This document shows positions 1 to 10,365 of a stretch of 64,000 nt of DNA, one piece after another. Under the pieces are notes generated by a model, which ran no database searches, was not told where the DNA came from, and worked only from the letters and a program-made list of their open reading frames with translations. A program made the position numbers and the translations under genes. Location of the stretch: assembly GCA_963665815.1 (NCBI GenBank), contig OY762463.1, positions 1,536,001 to 1,600,000 on the forward strand, written 5' to 3'. Within the stretch, counting starts at the first letter, position 1. Each line of letters opens with the position of its first letter. Source of the DNA: Candidatus Cloacimonadales bacterium (lineage in GTDB: Bacteria; Cloacimonadota; Cloacimonadia; Cloacimonadales; JAIOQZ01).

Positions 1-1
1 T

Positions 2-133
2 GGAATTGGGCTAAGCAACATAAATAAACGTTACGAAATAATTGCAGATCAAACCATTGCAATAGAAGATTCCGATGAAACGTTCTCTGTTGCTCTCCCC
101 TTGATTAATGCTAAGCAAGAAATAGGAGAATGA
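2..133 (+). CDS. 3' end of a LytS/YehU-type sensor histidine kinase (partial, runs off the window start)
   Basis: Not in the ORF track. Frame 2 reads GIGLSNINKRYEIIADQTIAIEDSDETFSVALPLINAKQEIGE*, closely matching the C-terminus of the next kinase (GIGLSNLNKRYELLTGRSIEIEDKSDTFSVHIPIVK). ATGA overlap with the start at 130. Confidence 0.85.
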   Translation, partial: GIGLSNINKRYEIIADQTIAIEDSDETFSVALPLINAKQEIGE

Positions 134-1257
134 ACATGGATACAAATAAAAAAAATGCACTGATGAAAATCTTAACTTTGTCAATTCTAATACCAATGAT
201 TTTCTATTTTAACAGACTAAGAGAAATTATACGCTACATGAATTATCCTTACTCCAGAACAATATATTCCAGTATTACAAATAATTGGTATTCCGTCGAC
301 TTTATTAGTAAAATTACTATTGTCCATATTGGACTGACATTTATTATAAATTTATCTGTCCTGACAGCCCTATTTTCAATAAGAAGAAAGAAAATAATTA
401 TGAAAGTAGGATTCCATATTCTTAGCTTGTTATCGGTTACTTTCATTACGCTTTTTTACAATTACTGGGCTTACAGAAGATCCATCTCGATAATCATTAT
501 TGGATCAGTAGCTTACTCCATATGTTCCTACATGATGATATTGGCATCCTCAGTATTAATTGAATCTCAATATACCTATATAGAATCATTAAAACAGAAT
601 TCATTTATTAGAAGACAAAAAACAGAAGTTGAGATTGAAGCATTGAAACAGCAGTTAAGCCCTCATTTCTTTTTCAACACTCTTAGTTCTCTTAGTGCAT
701 TAGTAAGAACCGGAAACAAGAATATTTGTTCTTTATTCGTGAATAGAATAAAACATGTATACAAGTATATAATGGATAGTAGTAAAGAGGACTTTGTATC
801 AGCGATAGATGAAGTAGAGTTTGCCAAATCATTCACTTACCTTCTGGAAAGAAGATTTGAAAACAAATTGAATATTAAGTTCAACTTTGAGAACAGCCTG
901 CTCAATGAATACTTAATCCTCCCTCTATCTATTCAAACCTGCATTGAAAATGCGGCAAAACACAATGTGATTTCCGACTCCGATAACCTTGTGGTTAACT
1001 TGTATATTTTGAATGATTCGGTAGTTATTATTAACAGGAGGAAATTAAAATCACAATCAGCAGGACTTGGAATAGGTCTTTCCAACCTGAATAAAAGATA
1101 CGAACTTCTTACTGGTCGAAGCATTGAAATAGAGGACAAAAGCGATACTTTTTCTGTACATATTCCGATTGTTAAAAACGATATTCTACAGCATAATAAA
1201 TTAGCAAGTACACATACTCAGAAAAGTTTTAAGTTAAATGCGGGGAGTAAACAATGA
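130..1257 (+). CDS. LytS/YehU-family membrane sensor histidine kinase
   Basis: N-terminal TM helices; H-box LKQQLSPHFFFNTL; N-box IENAAKH; G-box GIGLSNL. Confidence 0.9.
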   Translation: MNMDTNKKNALMKILTLSILIPMIFYFNRLREIIRYMNYPYSRTIYSSITNNWYSVDFISKITIVHIGLTFIINLSVLTALFSIRRKKIIMKVGFHILSLLSVTFITLFYNYWAYRRSISIIIIGSVAYSICSYMMILASSVLIESQYTYIESLKQNSFIRRQKTEVEIEALKQQLSPHFFFNTLSSLSALVRTGNKNICSLFVNRIKHVYKYIMDSSKEDFVSAIDEVEFAKSFTYLLERRFENKLNIKFNFENSLLNEYLILPLSIQTCIENAAKHNVISDSDNLVVNLYILNDSVVIINRRKLKSQSAGLGIGLSNLNKRYELLTGRSIEIEDKSDTFSVHIPIVKNDILQHNKLASTHTQKSFKLNAGSKQ

Positions 1258-2360
1258 TATTTTCAAAGTTTGTACATGAAGCATTCAGTAAAAAGGTAAG
1301 ATTTTCAAAGGATACACTAAATAATATTATCAATATAATAACAATATCAATACTTTGTACTTTATTTTCTCGCTTTGAAACTCTAATAAAATTATTTATA
1401 GAAAACGTGACAAAACCCAATAAATCGGATACTTTCTTGCCAACTATCAGTAAATGGGTGTTTGAGAAGAAATTATCATATGCATTAGATGAATTATGGG
1501 AAGCAATATCAGTGTTCATCATTTCTATGATAGTTCTTGGAATTAATTTCTATATAAAAGACAGAGGTAAGAAATTCAGAATACAATGCAATGTTCTATT
1601 ACTAATATTGTATTATATTGTGATCGCCCTGATCTACATATTTATTTATGATAAAGAATTCAGTTGGGTCGTAAGAGCAATCAATTTTCAAGTTATATTG
1701 GAGTATTCAATCCTGTTTATACTGTTTTCAATAATTATAGTTCAGCAAAGACAAAATAAAATATACAAAGATAATTTGGTCTTACTGGAGCAAAAGAAAA
1801 AAATAGAACTTCAATCGTTTAAGCAAAACATAAATTCTGATTTCTTCATAGATAATCTTGATTCCCTTAGTAGTCTTATAGAGGAAGGTAAAGAAGACAG
1901 AATACTGAATTACATTGAATCGATTTCCTACATATATAGATATATTCTTGAAAATGATAAAAGAGATACTATTGAACTTGCTGACGAGTTGAAATATGCG
2001 GAGCACTATTGCCAGCTGTTTGTACTAAGATACAAGCAAAATGTATCCTTTAATTTTGATTTCTCAAATACTGAGAATTACCAGATTCTTCCTCTTTCGA
2101 TACAATACTGTATTGAATGCTCTGCAATATTCCTTAAGAACGAAAATTGCAAAGTATCAAAGATTTCTGCTTTCTTGAAGAATTCATATCTACATTTCTC
2201 AATCGAAGGACAGGGTTTTAGAATGACAGAAGAAATCAGTGAAATTCTGAATAATCTTTCTGATCGCTTCAGAAGCTTGACAGAATGTGAGTTTAATGCC
2301 CTGTTTGACAGCAATCACTTATTAATAAAACTACCGGTACGTAAAAATGAGAACATATAA
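1254..2360 (+). CDS. LytS-family kinase paralog with degenerate catalytic motifs (probable pseudokinase)
   Basis: Colinear with the previous ORF (YRYILE, DELKYAEHY, ILPLSIQ), but the H-box reads INSDFFIDNL, the N-box reads IECSAIF and there is no GxGL box. Confidence 0.8.
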   Translation: MIFSKFVHEAFSKKVRFSKDTLNNIINIITISILCTLFSRFETLIKLFIENVTKPNKSDTFLPTISKWVFEKKLSYALDELWEAISVFIISMIVLGINFYIKDRGKKFRIQCNVLLLILYYIVIALIYIFIYDKEFSWVVRAINFQVILEYSILFILFSIIIVQQRQNKIYKDNLVLLEQKKKIELQSFKQNINSDFFIDNLDSLSSLIEEGKEDRILNYIESISYIYRYILENDKRDTIELADELKYAEHYCQLFVLRYKQNVSFNFDFSNTENYQILPLSIQYCIECSAIFLKNENCKVSKISAFLKNSYLHFSIEGQGFRMTEEISEILNNLSDRFRSLTECEFNALFDSNHLLIKLPVRKNENI

Positions 2361-3132
2361 GGTAATTATTGTAGAAGATGAATCAGGGGCAGCAGATAAC
2401 CTCAAGCTGCTGCTTACTGAAATACAGCATGAGTTTGAGATTATGGCTATCCTGGACACAGTTGAAGCTACTGTTGAGTGGGTAAAATGCCATCCAAAAC
2501 CTGACTTGGCTTTCTTTGACATCCAACTGGCAGATGGTTCGTCCTTCGAGATATTTAAACAGACAAATATTGGATTTCCTGTGGTTTTCACGACTGCTTT
2601 CAGTGAGTTCGCAATAGATGCGTTCAAAGTTAATAGCATAGATTATTTACTGAAACCAATTGTTAAGAATGAACTTGAAAAAGCTATTGAGAAGTTTGAA
2701 ACATTATACATGAATAATGGAAAATTCGATCAGGAAAAAATCATTAATGTCATTCAAGCACTGAGCCATAAACAGAAATCTCAATACAGAAAGGGGTTTT
2801 TGGCTTCACAAGGTAATAAGATCATACCTCTCGATATTGATTCTATTGCGTATTTCTCTCTCGAAAATGAGTTAGTCCATGCTCATACATTCAGAAAATC
2901 AACATATTCACTTGACGAGTCTCTTAAAGACATCATTGATTCAGTAAATCAATCTGATTTTTTCAGGGCGAACAGGCAATTCATTGTTTCTCGCAAAGCT
3001 ATTATCTGTGCTGAAAAATTCTTTAAAGGGAAACTGAGATTGAAACTAAATATTGAGTCACAGGATGAAATTCTAATTAGTAAAGCAAAAACAGCAGAAT
3101 TCAAATCATGGTTAGTCGATTGTGTGTTTTAA
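2347..3132 (+). CDS. LytR/AlgR-family response regulator (REC + LytTR)
   Basis: IVEDE, FFDIQL, FTTAF and DYLLKP receiver motifs; FFRANRQFIV LytTR motif. Confidence 0.95.
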   Translation: MRTYKVIIVEDESGAADNLKLLLTEIQHEFEIMAILDTVEATVEWVKCHPKPDLAFFDIQLADGSSFEIFKQTNIGFPVVFTTAFSEFAIDAFKVNSIDYLLKPIVKNELEKAIEKFETLYMNNGKFDQEKIINVIQALSHKQKSQYRKGFLASQGNKIIPLDIDSIAYFSLENELVHAHTFRKSTYSLDESLKDIIDSVNQSDFFRANRQFIVSRKAIICAEKFFKGKLRLKLNIESQDEILISKAKTAEFKSWLVDCVF

Positions 3133-4320
3133 ACATACATCTTCATGCGAGTTGCTTCAATAAGTACTTCAAGCTCGGGATTATCATTTTATTGCTTCTA
3201 CTATGCTCAGCATGCACCCAAAAGAAGAACTATTCAATTACAAATGAGAATGGTGTTAAAACAATTACTAACACCGGGTTCAACAACACTGATCTTTCTG
3301 TAAAGATCGAACCCATTATGGCGATTAAAGGATATAACGAAAACAACAGAAATACTGATTCCTTCTATGGCATAAAAGAATTTATCTTTGATTCTAAGGA
3401 TAATATTTATATTTCCTGTTCTAATAGTCTGTCTATCACCAAGTGCAACAAAGACGGGAAACGCATTAACTCATTTGTGAAGAAGGGTAATGGTCCCGGT
3501 GAATTTGATCTGTACGATCACTTCCTGATAATTAATGATACGATTATTGTGCATAATAATCAAAAGACAGCTTTTTTCAATACAAATTGTGAGCTGATCA
3601 AAGAAGAGAAAAAGACTACCAGTCTGATTACAGGACAAGGCATCAATTATAATGACAATCTTGTCTTAACTTACATCGCAGAAATGAAGAGAAGAGGTAA
3701 AGAATTTCTGAAAGACACGTTCTTTGTGCAGAAGGTTGGATTTCTTCAATCAAACCTGGAGTCAGATTCCACATACTTTGTAAGAAAGGAATCATGTGCC
3801 GGAGATTTTCTCATTGGTAATCCCGACAGTGGATTCTTTTTCAACTACCTTTATGCTGCAAATGAAAAAATCATTTATATTGCTGAACGTTTAAGGGATG
3901 TTTATCGCATAGAATGTTTTGATGAATCACAAGAGAAAGTAATGGAGATAAACAGGCAGGTCTCCCCTGTTCAATACAAGGCAGAAGAGAAGAATTTTTA
4001 TAGAAAGCAATCTTAAGGACTCATATAATCAGAGAAATTATGAGAATATTTACGATAAAAAATCACAGATAGCACACCTGCATTATGACAGACAAAACAA
4101 TTATCTCTGGGTGGAAAAAGTAATGGATATGAACAATGAAGAAATCGTTTTTGACATTTATAAAGACGGGATTCTGCAGAATGAATATCATTTTAGTATC
4201 TCGCAAGAGAATTTTGAACCGCTGAGAGATTCATCCTTTTTCAGCATTCATAATGGAAAACTATACTATTACAACAAGGAAGAAAATTCCATCGAAGTTT
4301 ATAAATTGAGCTACCTTTGA
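3108..4320 (+). pseudogene. Beta-propeller (6-bladed/NHL-like) lipoprotein split by a one-base frameshift
   Basis: Lipobox LLLLLCSAC and KGNGPGEF motif. The first frame stops at 4016, while the next frame is open from 3952 to 4320. Removing one T from the T5 run at 3995-3999 joins them. Confidence 0.7.
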
Positions 4321-4348
4321 ATCGATACTGAAATCATTTAAAACACGG

Positions 4349-4379
4349 AAGCAGATTGTTTAAACGGCAGTCTGCTTTT
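4349..4379 (+). terminator. Probable intrinsic terminator
   Basis: AAGCAGATTGTT-TAAAC-GGCAGTCTGCTT hairpin with G-U pairs, ending in a short T run. Confidence 0.6.
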
Positions 4380-4544
4380 GTATTGATACCATATTAACTT
4401 TTTATCCGGTAAATGCATCTGCTGACATTGAGAATTGTCATTGTATTATTTTCGAATTCTTTTCTTGCCAAATCAAATCATTAATGCAATATTGATTCCA
4501 AAATAAAGACGAAAGAGTCTTTCAGACTAAGAGAGAATTTCATT

Positions 4545-5054
4545 ATGGATATAAAACTACTAATACTCGACGTTGACGGTGTCTTAAGTGACGGGAGAAT
4601 TATTTACAATAACAACTATATAGAGTCAAAATTCTTTTCTGCGAGAGACGGACTTGGTATCAGATTCGCTCAACTTGCCGGAATTGAAATAGCAATTATC
4701 ACCGGAAGAGAATCCAACTGTGTTGCACAACGAGCCCGAGACCTGAAGATAAAAGAGGTACATCAGGCAATCCACGAAAAACTGGCAGTCGCAGAAGATG
4801 TAATTAAACGACTGGGGATAACCTGGGATAATGTTGCTTACGTTGGTGATGACTGGAATGATTATCCCGTAATGCAGAAGGCTGCATTCAGTGCCTGTCC
4901 TGCAGACACAACAGAAGATTTTCAGAAGACAGCAGATTATGTGTGTAAATTGAAAGGCGGAAAAGGTGCTGTTAGAGAAGCAATTGAAATAATATTGAAA
5001 GATATGAATTTATATGAGAAAACAATACAGAATTTTATCAGCAGTATTTCTTAG
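4545..5054 (+). CDS. kdsC: KDO-8-phosphate phosphatase (HAD family)
   Basis: LDVDGVLSDG, RDGLG and GDDWND motifs; sits upstream of lptCAB. Confidence 0.9.
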   Translation: MDIKLLILDVDGVLSDGRIIYNNNYIESKFFSARDGLGIRFAQLAGIEIAIITGRESNCVAQRARDLKIKEVHQAIHEKLAVAEDVIKRLGITWDNVAYVGDDWNDYPVMQKAAFSACPADTTEDFQKTADYVCKLKGGKGAVREAIEIILKDMNLYEKTIQNFISSIS

Positions 5055-5571
5055 TATTACTGCTTTATTGATAATAACCGCCTGCAGTGATGATTCTGAA
5101 AATTTCCAGAATCTGAACATGAATAATGCGCCGGATGAGCAAAGTGATTCGGTTCATGTTGTAGCAATGAATGGTGACAAACTGGAGTACATTCTTGATG
5201 CGAAGCACTATAGCAGATATCATAAAAAGAAGAAAGTTCTGGCAGATACAATAAGAGTTCAGACCTTTGATGAAAACGGCGTGGAAGAATCAGTACTAAC
5301 AGCTGAGCATGCAGATGTTGATGAGAACAGAGACATTATGATAGCCCGACGCAATGTGAAAATAGTTGCTGACTCCGGTACCCTATTCTGTAATTATCTG
5401 CAATGGGACAGAAAGACAGACAGGATTTATGCCAGAGGCAAAGTAGTACTACAGAGAGGACAAAATACGATTAATGGATATGAGCTGAAGACTGACATAA
5501 ATTTATTTAAAATAGAAATGGTAAAAGTTTCAGCACAAGGGAAAGTAAATGAAGAAAATGTTGATTTTTAG
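5014..5571 (+). CDS. lptC: LPS export protein LptC
   Basis: Position between kdsC and lptA/lptB; beta-jellyroll-like sequence (LFCNYLQWD); N-terminal anchor ending ITAC. Confidence 0.8.
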   Translation: MRKQYRILSAVFLSITALLIITACSDDSENFQNLNMNNAPDEQSDSVHVVAMNGDKLEYILDAKHYSRYHKKKKVLADTIRVQTFDENGVEESVLTAEHADVDENRDIMIARRNVKIVADSGTLFCNYLQWDRKTDRIYARGKVVLQRGQNTINGYELKTDINLFKIEMVKVSAQGKVNEENVDF

Positions 5572-6715
5572 TTTCCTCCTGCTATGCTTTCAGCTTGCGG
5601 CTGTTGATAATACAAAATACGTTGATTATCAGTTAATTAATGCTGATTCCATTGCAATTATGAAGAAAGAAATACTGTATTTATATGAGAACGTTCATTT
5701 TATCTACGATGACAATGAATTCCATGCTGATCGTGCAGTAATTCACGAAGTCCAAAAAACAGTAAAACTTTTTGGTAATGTAAAAATTGAAAACGACTCT
5801 CTTCTTATCTATTCAAATGATGCTTTTTATTCCAAAAACAACAGAGTTGTAAGATTTAACGGTGATATAAAAGCATGGTCCGATTCACTCTATTTCGAGT
5901 GTATTCATGGTGATTATAACTACAACACAGATTTCATTTCATTGAAAGATAAAGTCTACCTGAAAGAAACTCATGCTGATTCGACAATTAGAACATATAA
6001 TGCAGATTTAGTAAACTTCGACAGAAAAAACGGGAAATTATTCAGTTCCGGCAATATAAAAGCTTTTGATGAGAAAGAAAACATTTATATGTCCGGAGGA
6101 GAATTGAATTATGATCTGAATGAGAAGTATGGTTTCCTTAAGATACAACCTCATGTTTATGTTCCGGGAAAAGACTCAATGTCTATCACTGCCAGAAAAC
6201 TTGAATGTATGAATGATTTCAAGAAAATAGTAGCAACTTTTGACGTTGAAACAGCTTCTGCCGACTATTCCATAAAAAGTGATTTTCTTATATATATGAC
6301 TGATACAGAGGAAGCAGTATTCCTTGGAGATCCTCGTTTTGTATCAGATTTTGCTGATGGGAAAGCTGATGAATTCCATATTATGTTTAAAGAAAGAGAA
6401 CTACAGTCAGCCAGATTTACATCAAACTGCAAGGTGAATTTTGCAGAAAAGGAAAACAATCCGAAAGATAACTGGATAACAAGTGAAAAAATGGAATTTT
6501 TCTTCGATGAAGATAACAATATTACTAACTATATAGCAGAAAATAATGTTAAGTCATACTTCAAGCAAATGAAGACAGATGAAAAAGATTATACGGAAAA
6601 TTCTGCAACCGGGGACTACATTGAAGTTTTTCTGAATGACAATAATGAGATGGAATCTATTATTTATAAAGGCAATGTCAAAGGAACTTACAGTTTTGAA
6701 GACAAAAACAATTGA
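5549..6715 (+). CDS. lptA: LptA/OstA-family LPS transport protein with repeated jellyroll units
   Basis: Signal peptide; repeated ADxA/GNV OstA-like units; position before lptB. Confidence 0.75.
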   Translation: MKKMLIFSFLLLCFQLAAVDNTKYVDYQLINADSIAIMKKEILYLYENVHFIYDDNEFHADRAVIHEVQKTVKLFGNVKIENDSLLIYSNDAFYSKNNRVVRFNGDIKAWSDSLYFECIHGDYNYNTDFISLKDKVYLKETHADSTIRTYNADLVNFDRKNGKLFSSGNIKAFDEKENIYMSGGELNYDLNEKYGFLKIQPHVYVPGKDSMSITARKLECMNDFKKIVATFDVETASADYSIKSDFLIYMTDTEEAVFLGDPRFVSDFADGKADEFHIMFKERELQSARFTSNCKVNFAEKENNPKDNWITSEKMEFFFDEDNNITNYIAENNVKSYFKQMKTDEKDYTENSATGDYIEVFLNDNNEMESIIYKGNVKGTYSFEDKNN

Positions 6716-6740
6716 CAATCAACAATGAAAATGGTATTTT
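6712..6740 (+). promoter_or_regulatory. Candidate sigma70-type promoter for lptB-rpoN
   Basis: TTGACA-17 nt-TATTTT with a TG extension. Confidence 0.5.
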
Positions 6741-6774
6741 ATATATCGTATTTGAAATGTGAAAGTGGTAAAAA

Positions 6775-7509
6775 ATGAGAAATAAAGTTCGAGCCGAAAG
6801 TTTAGTAAAATATTATGGCAACAGAAAAGTCCTTAGCAATGTCTGCCTGGATATCGAACAGGGTGAAATCGTCGGAATTTTAGGTCCCAATGGTGCCGGA
6901 AAATCAACAACTTTTTATACAATCCTTGGGCTTACAAAAGCTACATCAGGAGATGTTTACTTTAATGACCAGAACATTACAAATATTCCAATGTACAAAA
7001 GAGCTCAACTTGGTATAGGATACCTTGCTCAAGCTCCGTCAATATTTCATAAACTTACAGTAGAGCAGAATATACTTGCAATTCTGGAGACAACCAGCAC
7101 TCCCAAGAAAGAGAGAAAACAAAAGCTTGAAGAATATCTTTCTGAGCTGAACCTTACAAAACTTGCTAAACAGAAAGCATACACTCTTTCCGGAGGAGAA
7201 CGACGTAAACTTGAGATAACAAGATCTCTTGTTACCTCTCCCTCATTCCTGCTGATGGATGAACCCTTTGCAGGGGTAGATCCGCTTGCTGTTGCTGATA
7301 TTCAGGATATAATTGTGAAGCTGAAAGAAAGAAATATCGGCATACTTATAACCGATCACAACGTTCTGGAAACTCTTAAGATTACAGAACGAGCATATAT
7401 AATTTTTAATGGAGAGATTCTGCTCTCCGGAACGTCGGAAGAATTAGTAAACAATGAAAAAGCCAGAGAAGTGTATCTTGGAGATCGCTTCCTGAACCAT
7501 GTTTTCTGA
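6775..7509 (+). CDS. lptB: LPS export ABC ATPase
   Basis: GPNGAGKST, LSGGERR, DEPFAGVDP, ITDHNV. Confidence 0.97.
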   Translation: MRNKVRAESLVKYYGNRKVLSNVCLDIEQGEIVGILGPNGAGKSTTFYTILGLTKATSGDVYFNDQNITNIPMYKRAQLGIGYLAQAPSIFHKLTVEQNILAILETTSTPKKERKQKLEEYLSELNLTKLAKQKAYTLSGGERRKLEITRSLVTSPSFLLMDEPFAGVDPLAVADIQDIIVKLKERNIGILITDHNVLETLKITERAYIIFNGEILLSGTSEELVNNEKAREVYLGDRFLNHVF

Positions 7510-7517
7510 GAGTCAAT

Positions 7518-8966
7518 ATGTTAAAACTAAATCAGAATTTATCGCAAAAACAAGTTCAGAGACTTGAACTGAGACCTCAAATGCTTCAGTCCCTGCACCT
7601 GTTATCTCTTCCGGTCATGGAACTGGAAACTCACCTTAAGGAAGAATTGGTCAGTAATCCCATGTTGGAGATGAACGAACCTTCAGAGTCAGACAGTAAT
7701 GAAGCTTCTTCCGAAGAATCAAAAGAGAATGATACAGAAGATTCCTACGAAGATGAACTGCAAAAAACGATTGAAGAAGCAAACGAACTGAGTGAAATTT
7801 TGGATCAGTGGAATGATTATCATTCTGATTCCGGTTATGGTGCAAGCAGTGATGAGGATAAACCTAATCCTGAGCAATATCTGAAAGCGGCAGAGGATTT
7901 CAAAGAAGATTTCACAGAACAGCTTTTAGCTTTTGATCTGCCGGACAATGAATACGAGTATGCTTCTGAGCTGATTGACAGCTGCAATGCCCATGGATTC
8001 CTGAATAATCCCGAAGATATTCTTAACATTGCTGTTGAATATGATATATCCGAAGAACGGGCAGAAGAGATTCATCAGCTTATTCTTCATATTCAGCCTA
8101 AAGGTATAACTGCCCGTAATATAGAAGAATGCCTGATAGCTCAACTGTCAGAGAATCAGCTTAATGACCAGCTACTTGTAAATGTTATCAGCAATGACTT
8201 AAATTCTCTTCTGCACAGAAAATATAATCAGATTGCATCAAAATATAATTGCTCATTTAATGAAGTTATAGAATGCAAGGAAATTATATCAAAGCTTGAT
8301 CCTAAACCCGGAATGCGTCTTGTGCAGTCTGAAATAAGTTATATTGTTCCGGACATTATAATAAAGAAAATCGATAAGGAATATGAACTGATAATCAATG
8401 ACAGTTCAACTCCAAACATACGTATAAACAGAAATTACAATAAAATAATTAAATCTTTGAATAAAGATAGAAATGCTATTGGATATGTTCGCAATAAAAT
8501 AAATTCTGCGAAATTCCTTATAAGAGCATTATTCATGAGAAACCGTACCCTGGAAAGAGTTACAAGGGCAATCATTAACCATCAGAAGAACTTCTTTTAT
8601 AATGAGACAGGTATTCTCGAGCCAATGACATATGCTGTTATTGCAGAAGAACTTCAGGTTAACGAATCAACCATTTCAAGAGTAGTACGAACAAAATATG
8701 CGGATACTCCCTTTGGGCTTATGTGCCTGAAAGAGTTTTTCACATCATCTGCCGGAAAAGATAAAAACTATGATTCTGTATCCAGACAGATGGTAGAGAA
8801 AAACATAAGGGAATTAGTTGAAAATGAAGATAGAAAGAAACCCATCAGTGACCAGAATATTGCTAATATACTTAAAGAGAGAGGCATCAGTGTTTCACGA
8901 CGAGTTATAGCAAAGTACAGAGAGGAGATGGGGATTCTTAACAGTAGACTAAGGAGAAAAATGTGA
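7518..8966 (+). CDS. rpoN: RNA polymerase sigma-54 factor
   Basis: Gln/Leu-rich region I; NESTISR HTH; RpoN box SRRVIAKYRE. Confidence 0.97.
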   Translation: MLKLNQNLSQKQVQRLELRPQMLQSLHLLSLPVMELETHLKEELVSNPMLEMNEPSESDSNEASSEESKENDTEDSYEDELQKTIEEANELSEILDQWNDYHSDSGYGASSDEDKPNPEQYLKAAEDFKEDFTEQLLAFDLPDNEYEYASELIDSCNAHGFLNNPEDILNIAVEYDISEERAEEIHQLILHIQPKGITARNIEECLIAQLSENQLNDQLLVNVISNDLNSLLHRKYNQIASKYNCSFNEVIECKEIISKLDPKPGMRLVQSEISYIVPDIIIKKIDKEYELIINDSSTPNIRINRNYNKIIKSLNKDRNAIGYVRNKINSAKFLIRALFMRNRTLERVTRAIINHQKNFFYNETGILEPMTYAVIAEELQVNESTISRVVRTKYADTPFGLMCLKEFFTSSAGKDKNYDSVSRQMVEKNIRELVENEDRKKPISDQNIANILKERGISVSRRVIAKYREEMGILNSRLRRKM

Positions 8967-10363
8967 AAAAAAATAGCGTAGCTGTAATCGGTGGTGGTCC
9001 CGGTGGATACGCCACAGCAATTCGACTTCATCAATATGGGATTGACACCATTATCTTCGAGAAAGAAAGACTTGGTGGAGTATGCCTGAACTGGGGTTGC
9101 ATACCTACAAAAACACTGGTAAAATCAGCAGACATGTTTACAGAGATAAAAAAAGCTGCTGAATTTGGTATAAATGTTAATAATGCAGAAGTTGATTACA
9201 ATAAAGTATATGAGAGAAAAAACGGAGTTGTTGAGCAGCTTGTCAGCGGAATTGAATTTCTTTTCAAGAAAAGAAAAATCCCTGTCATCAACGAAATAGT
9301 AAATGTAGTTGAAAAAACTGAGAATGGCTTTAAAATTACAACAGGATCAGAGCAATACGCTGTTGATTATGTTATTGTTGCAACAGGTTCAAAACCTAAA
9401 GAACTTCCTTTCCTTAAGTTCAATGGAAACACTGTTCTTTCATCCAAAGACATCCTTAAAATGCAGGAGATCCCAAAGAGACTCGGAATAATTGGAGGTG
9501 GTGTAATCGGATGTGAATTTGCATCAATTTTTCATCAGTTCGGATCTGAAGTGGAAATTATCGAAATGCTGCCTGATCTTGTTATAGCTGAAGACAGAGA
9601 CGTAAGTAAGCGTCTGGCAATAGCATTAAAGAAATCAGGTATAAAACTTCATCTCAAATCCGGTGTAGAATCTGCTGAGGTTCTCGAAAATTCTGTGAAA
9701 CTTACAATGAACAAAGGAAAAGAGCTTGAGTTTGACAAAGTTCTGGTCAGTATAGGCAGAGCTCCCGTTTCGAATATTCAGTTCAAGAATTGCAACATTG
9801 AGTTAAATCAGGACGGATCAATCAAAATCAATGAGTCCATGGAAACAAATGAAACAGGTATCTATGCAATTGGTGATGTGACTGCAAAGATGATGCTGGC
9901 ACATACTGCAACAAAACAGGGACTTATTGCAGCGGAAATTCTGAAGAACAAAATTGCAGGAACAGATCACGACCCACATGCTTTAAATTATATGAATATC
10001 CCTCGTTGTACTTTCACTCATCCTGAAATTGGTTCCTGTGGTCTTACTCAAATGCAGGCCAAAGAAGAATATGGAGAAATAACTGTCAGTAAATTCCCTT
10101 TTACAGCTAACGGAAAAGCTCTTGGCATGGGAAATACATTCGGATTTGTAAAGTTCATTGCTCGAAATTCAGATAACTTGTTAGTTGGTGCTCATATAAT
10201 CGGTCCAAATGCTACAGAGTTAATAGCTGAAGCTGCAATACTCATTCAAACCGGTGCCAAAATAGAAACAGCTCATGATCTTGTGTTTGCACATCCTACT
10301 CTATCAGAAACAGTTGGAGAAGCAATTGAGGATCTTGAAAATCTTGCAATACATAAAGCTTAA
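8963..10363 (+). CDS. lpdA: Dihydrolipoamide dehydrogenase
   Basis: GGGPGGY; GGVCLNWGCIP redox disulfide; HPTLSE. Confidence 0.96.
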   Translation: MKKNSVAVIGGGPGGYATAIRLHQYGIDTIIFEKERLGGVCLNWGCIPTKTLVKSADMFTEIKKAAEFGINVNNAEVDYNKVYERKNGVVEQLVSGIEFLFKKRKIPVINEIVNVVEKTENGFKITTGSEQYAVDYVIVATGSKPKELPFLKFNGNTVLSSKDILKMQEIPKRLGIIGGGVIGCEFASIFHQFGSEVEIIEMLPDLVIAEDRDVSKRLAIALKKSGIKLHLKSGVESAEVLENSVKLTMNKGKELEFDKVLVSIGRAPVSNIQFKNCNIELNQDGSIKINESMETNETGIYAIGDVTAKMMLAHTATKQGLIAAEILKNKIAGTDHDPHALNYMNIPRCTFTHPEIGSCGLTQMQAKEEYGEITVSKFPFTANGKALGMGNTFGFVKFIARNSDNLLVGAHIIGPNATELIAEAAILIQTGAKIETAHDLVFAHPTLSETVGEAIEDLENLAIHKA

Positions 10364-10365
10364 CT

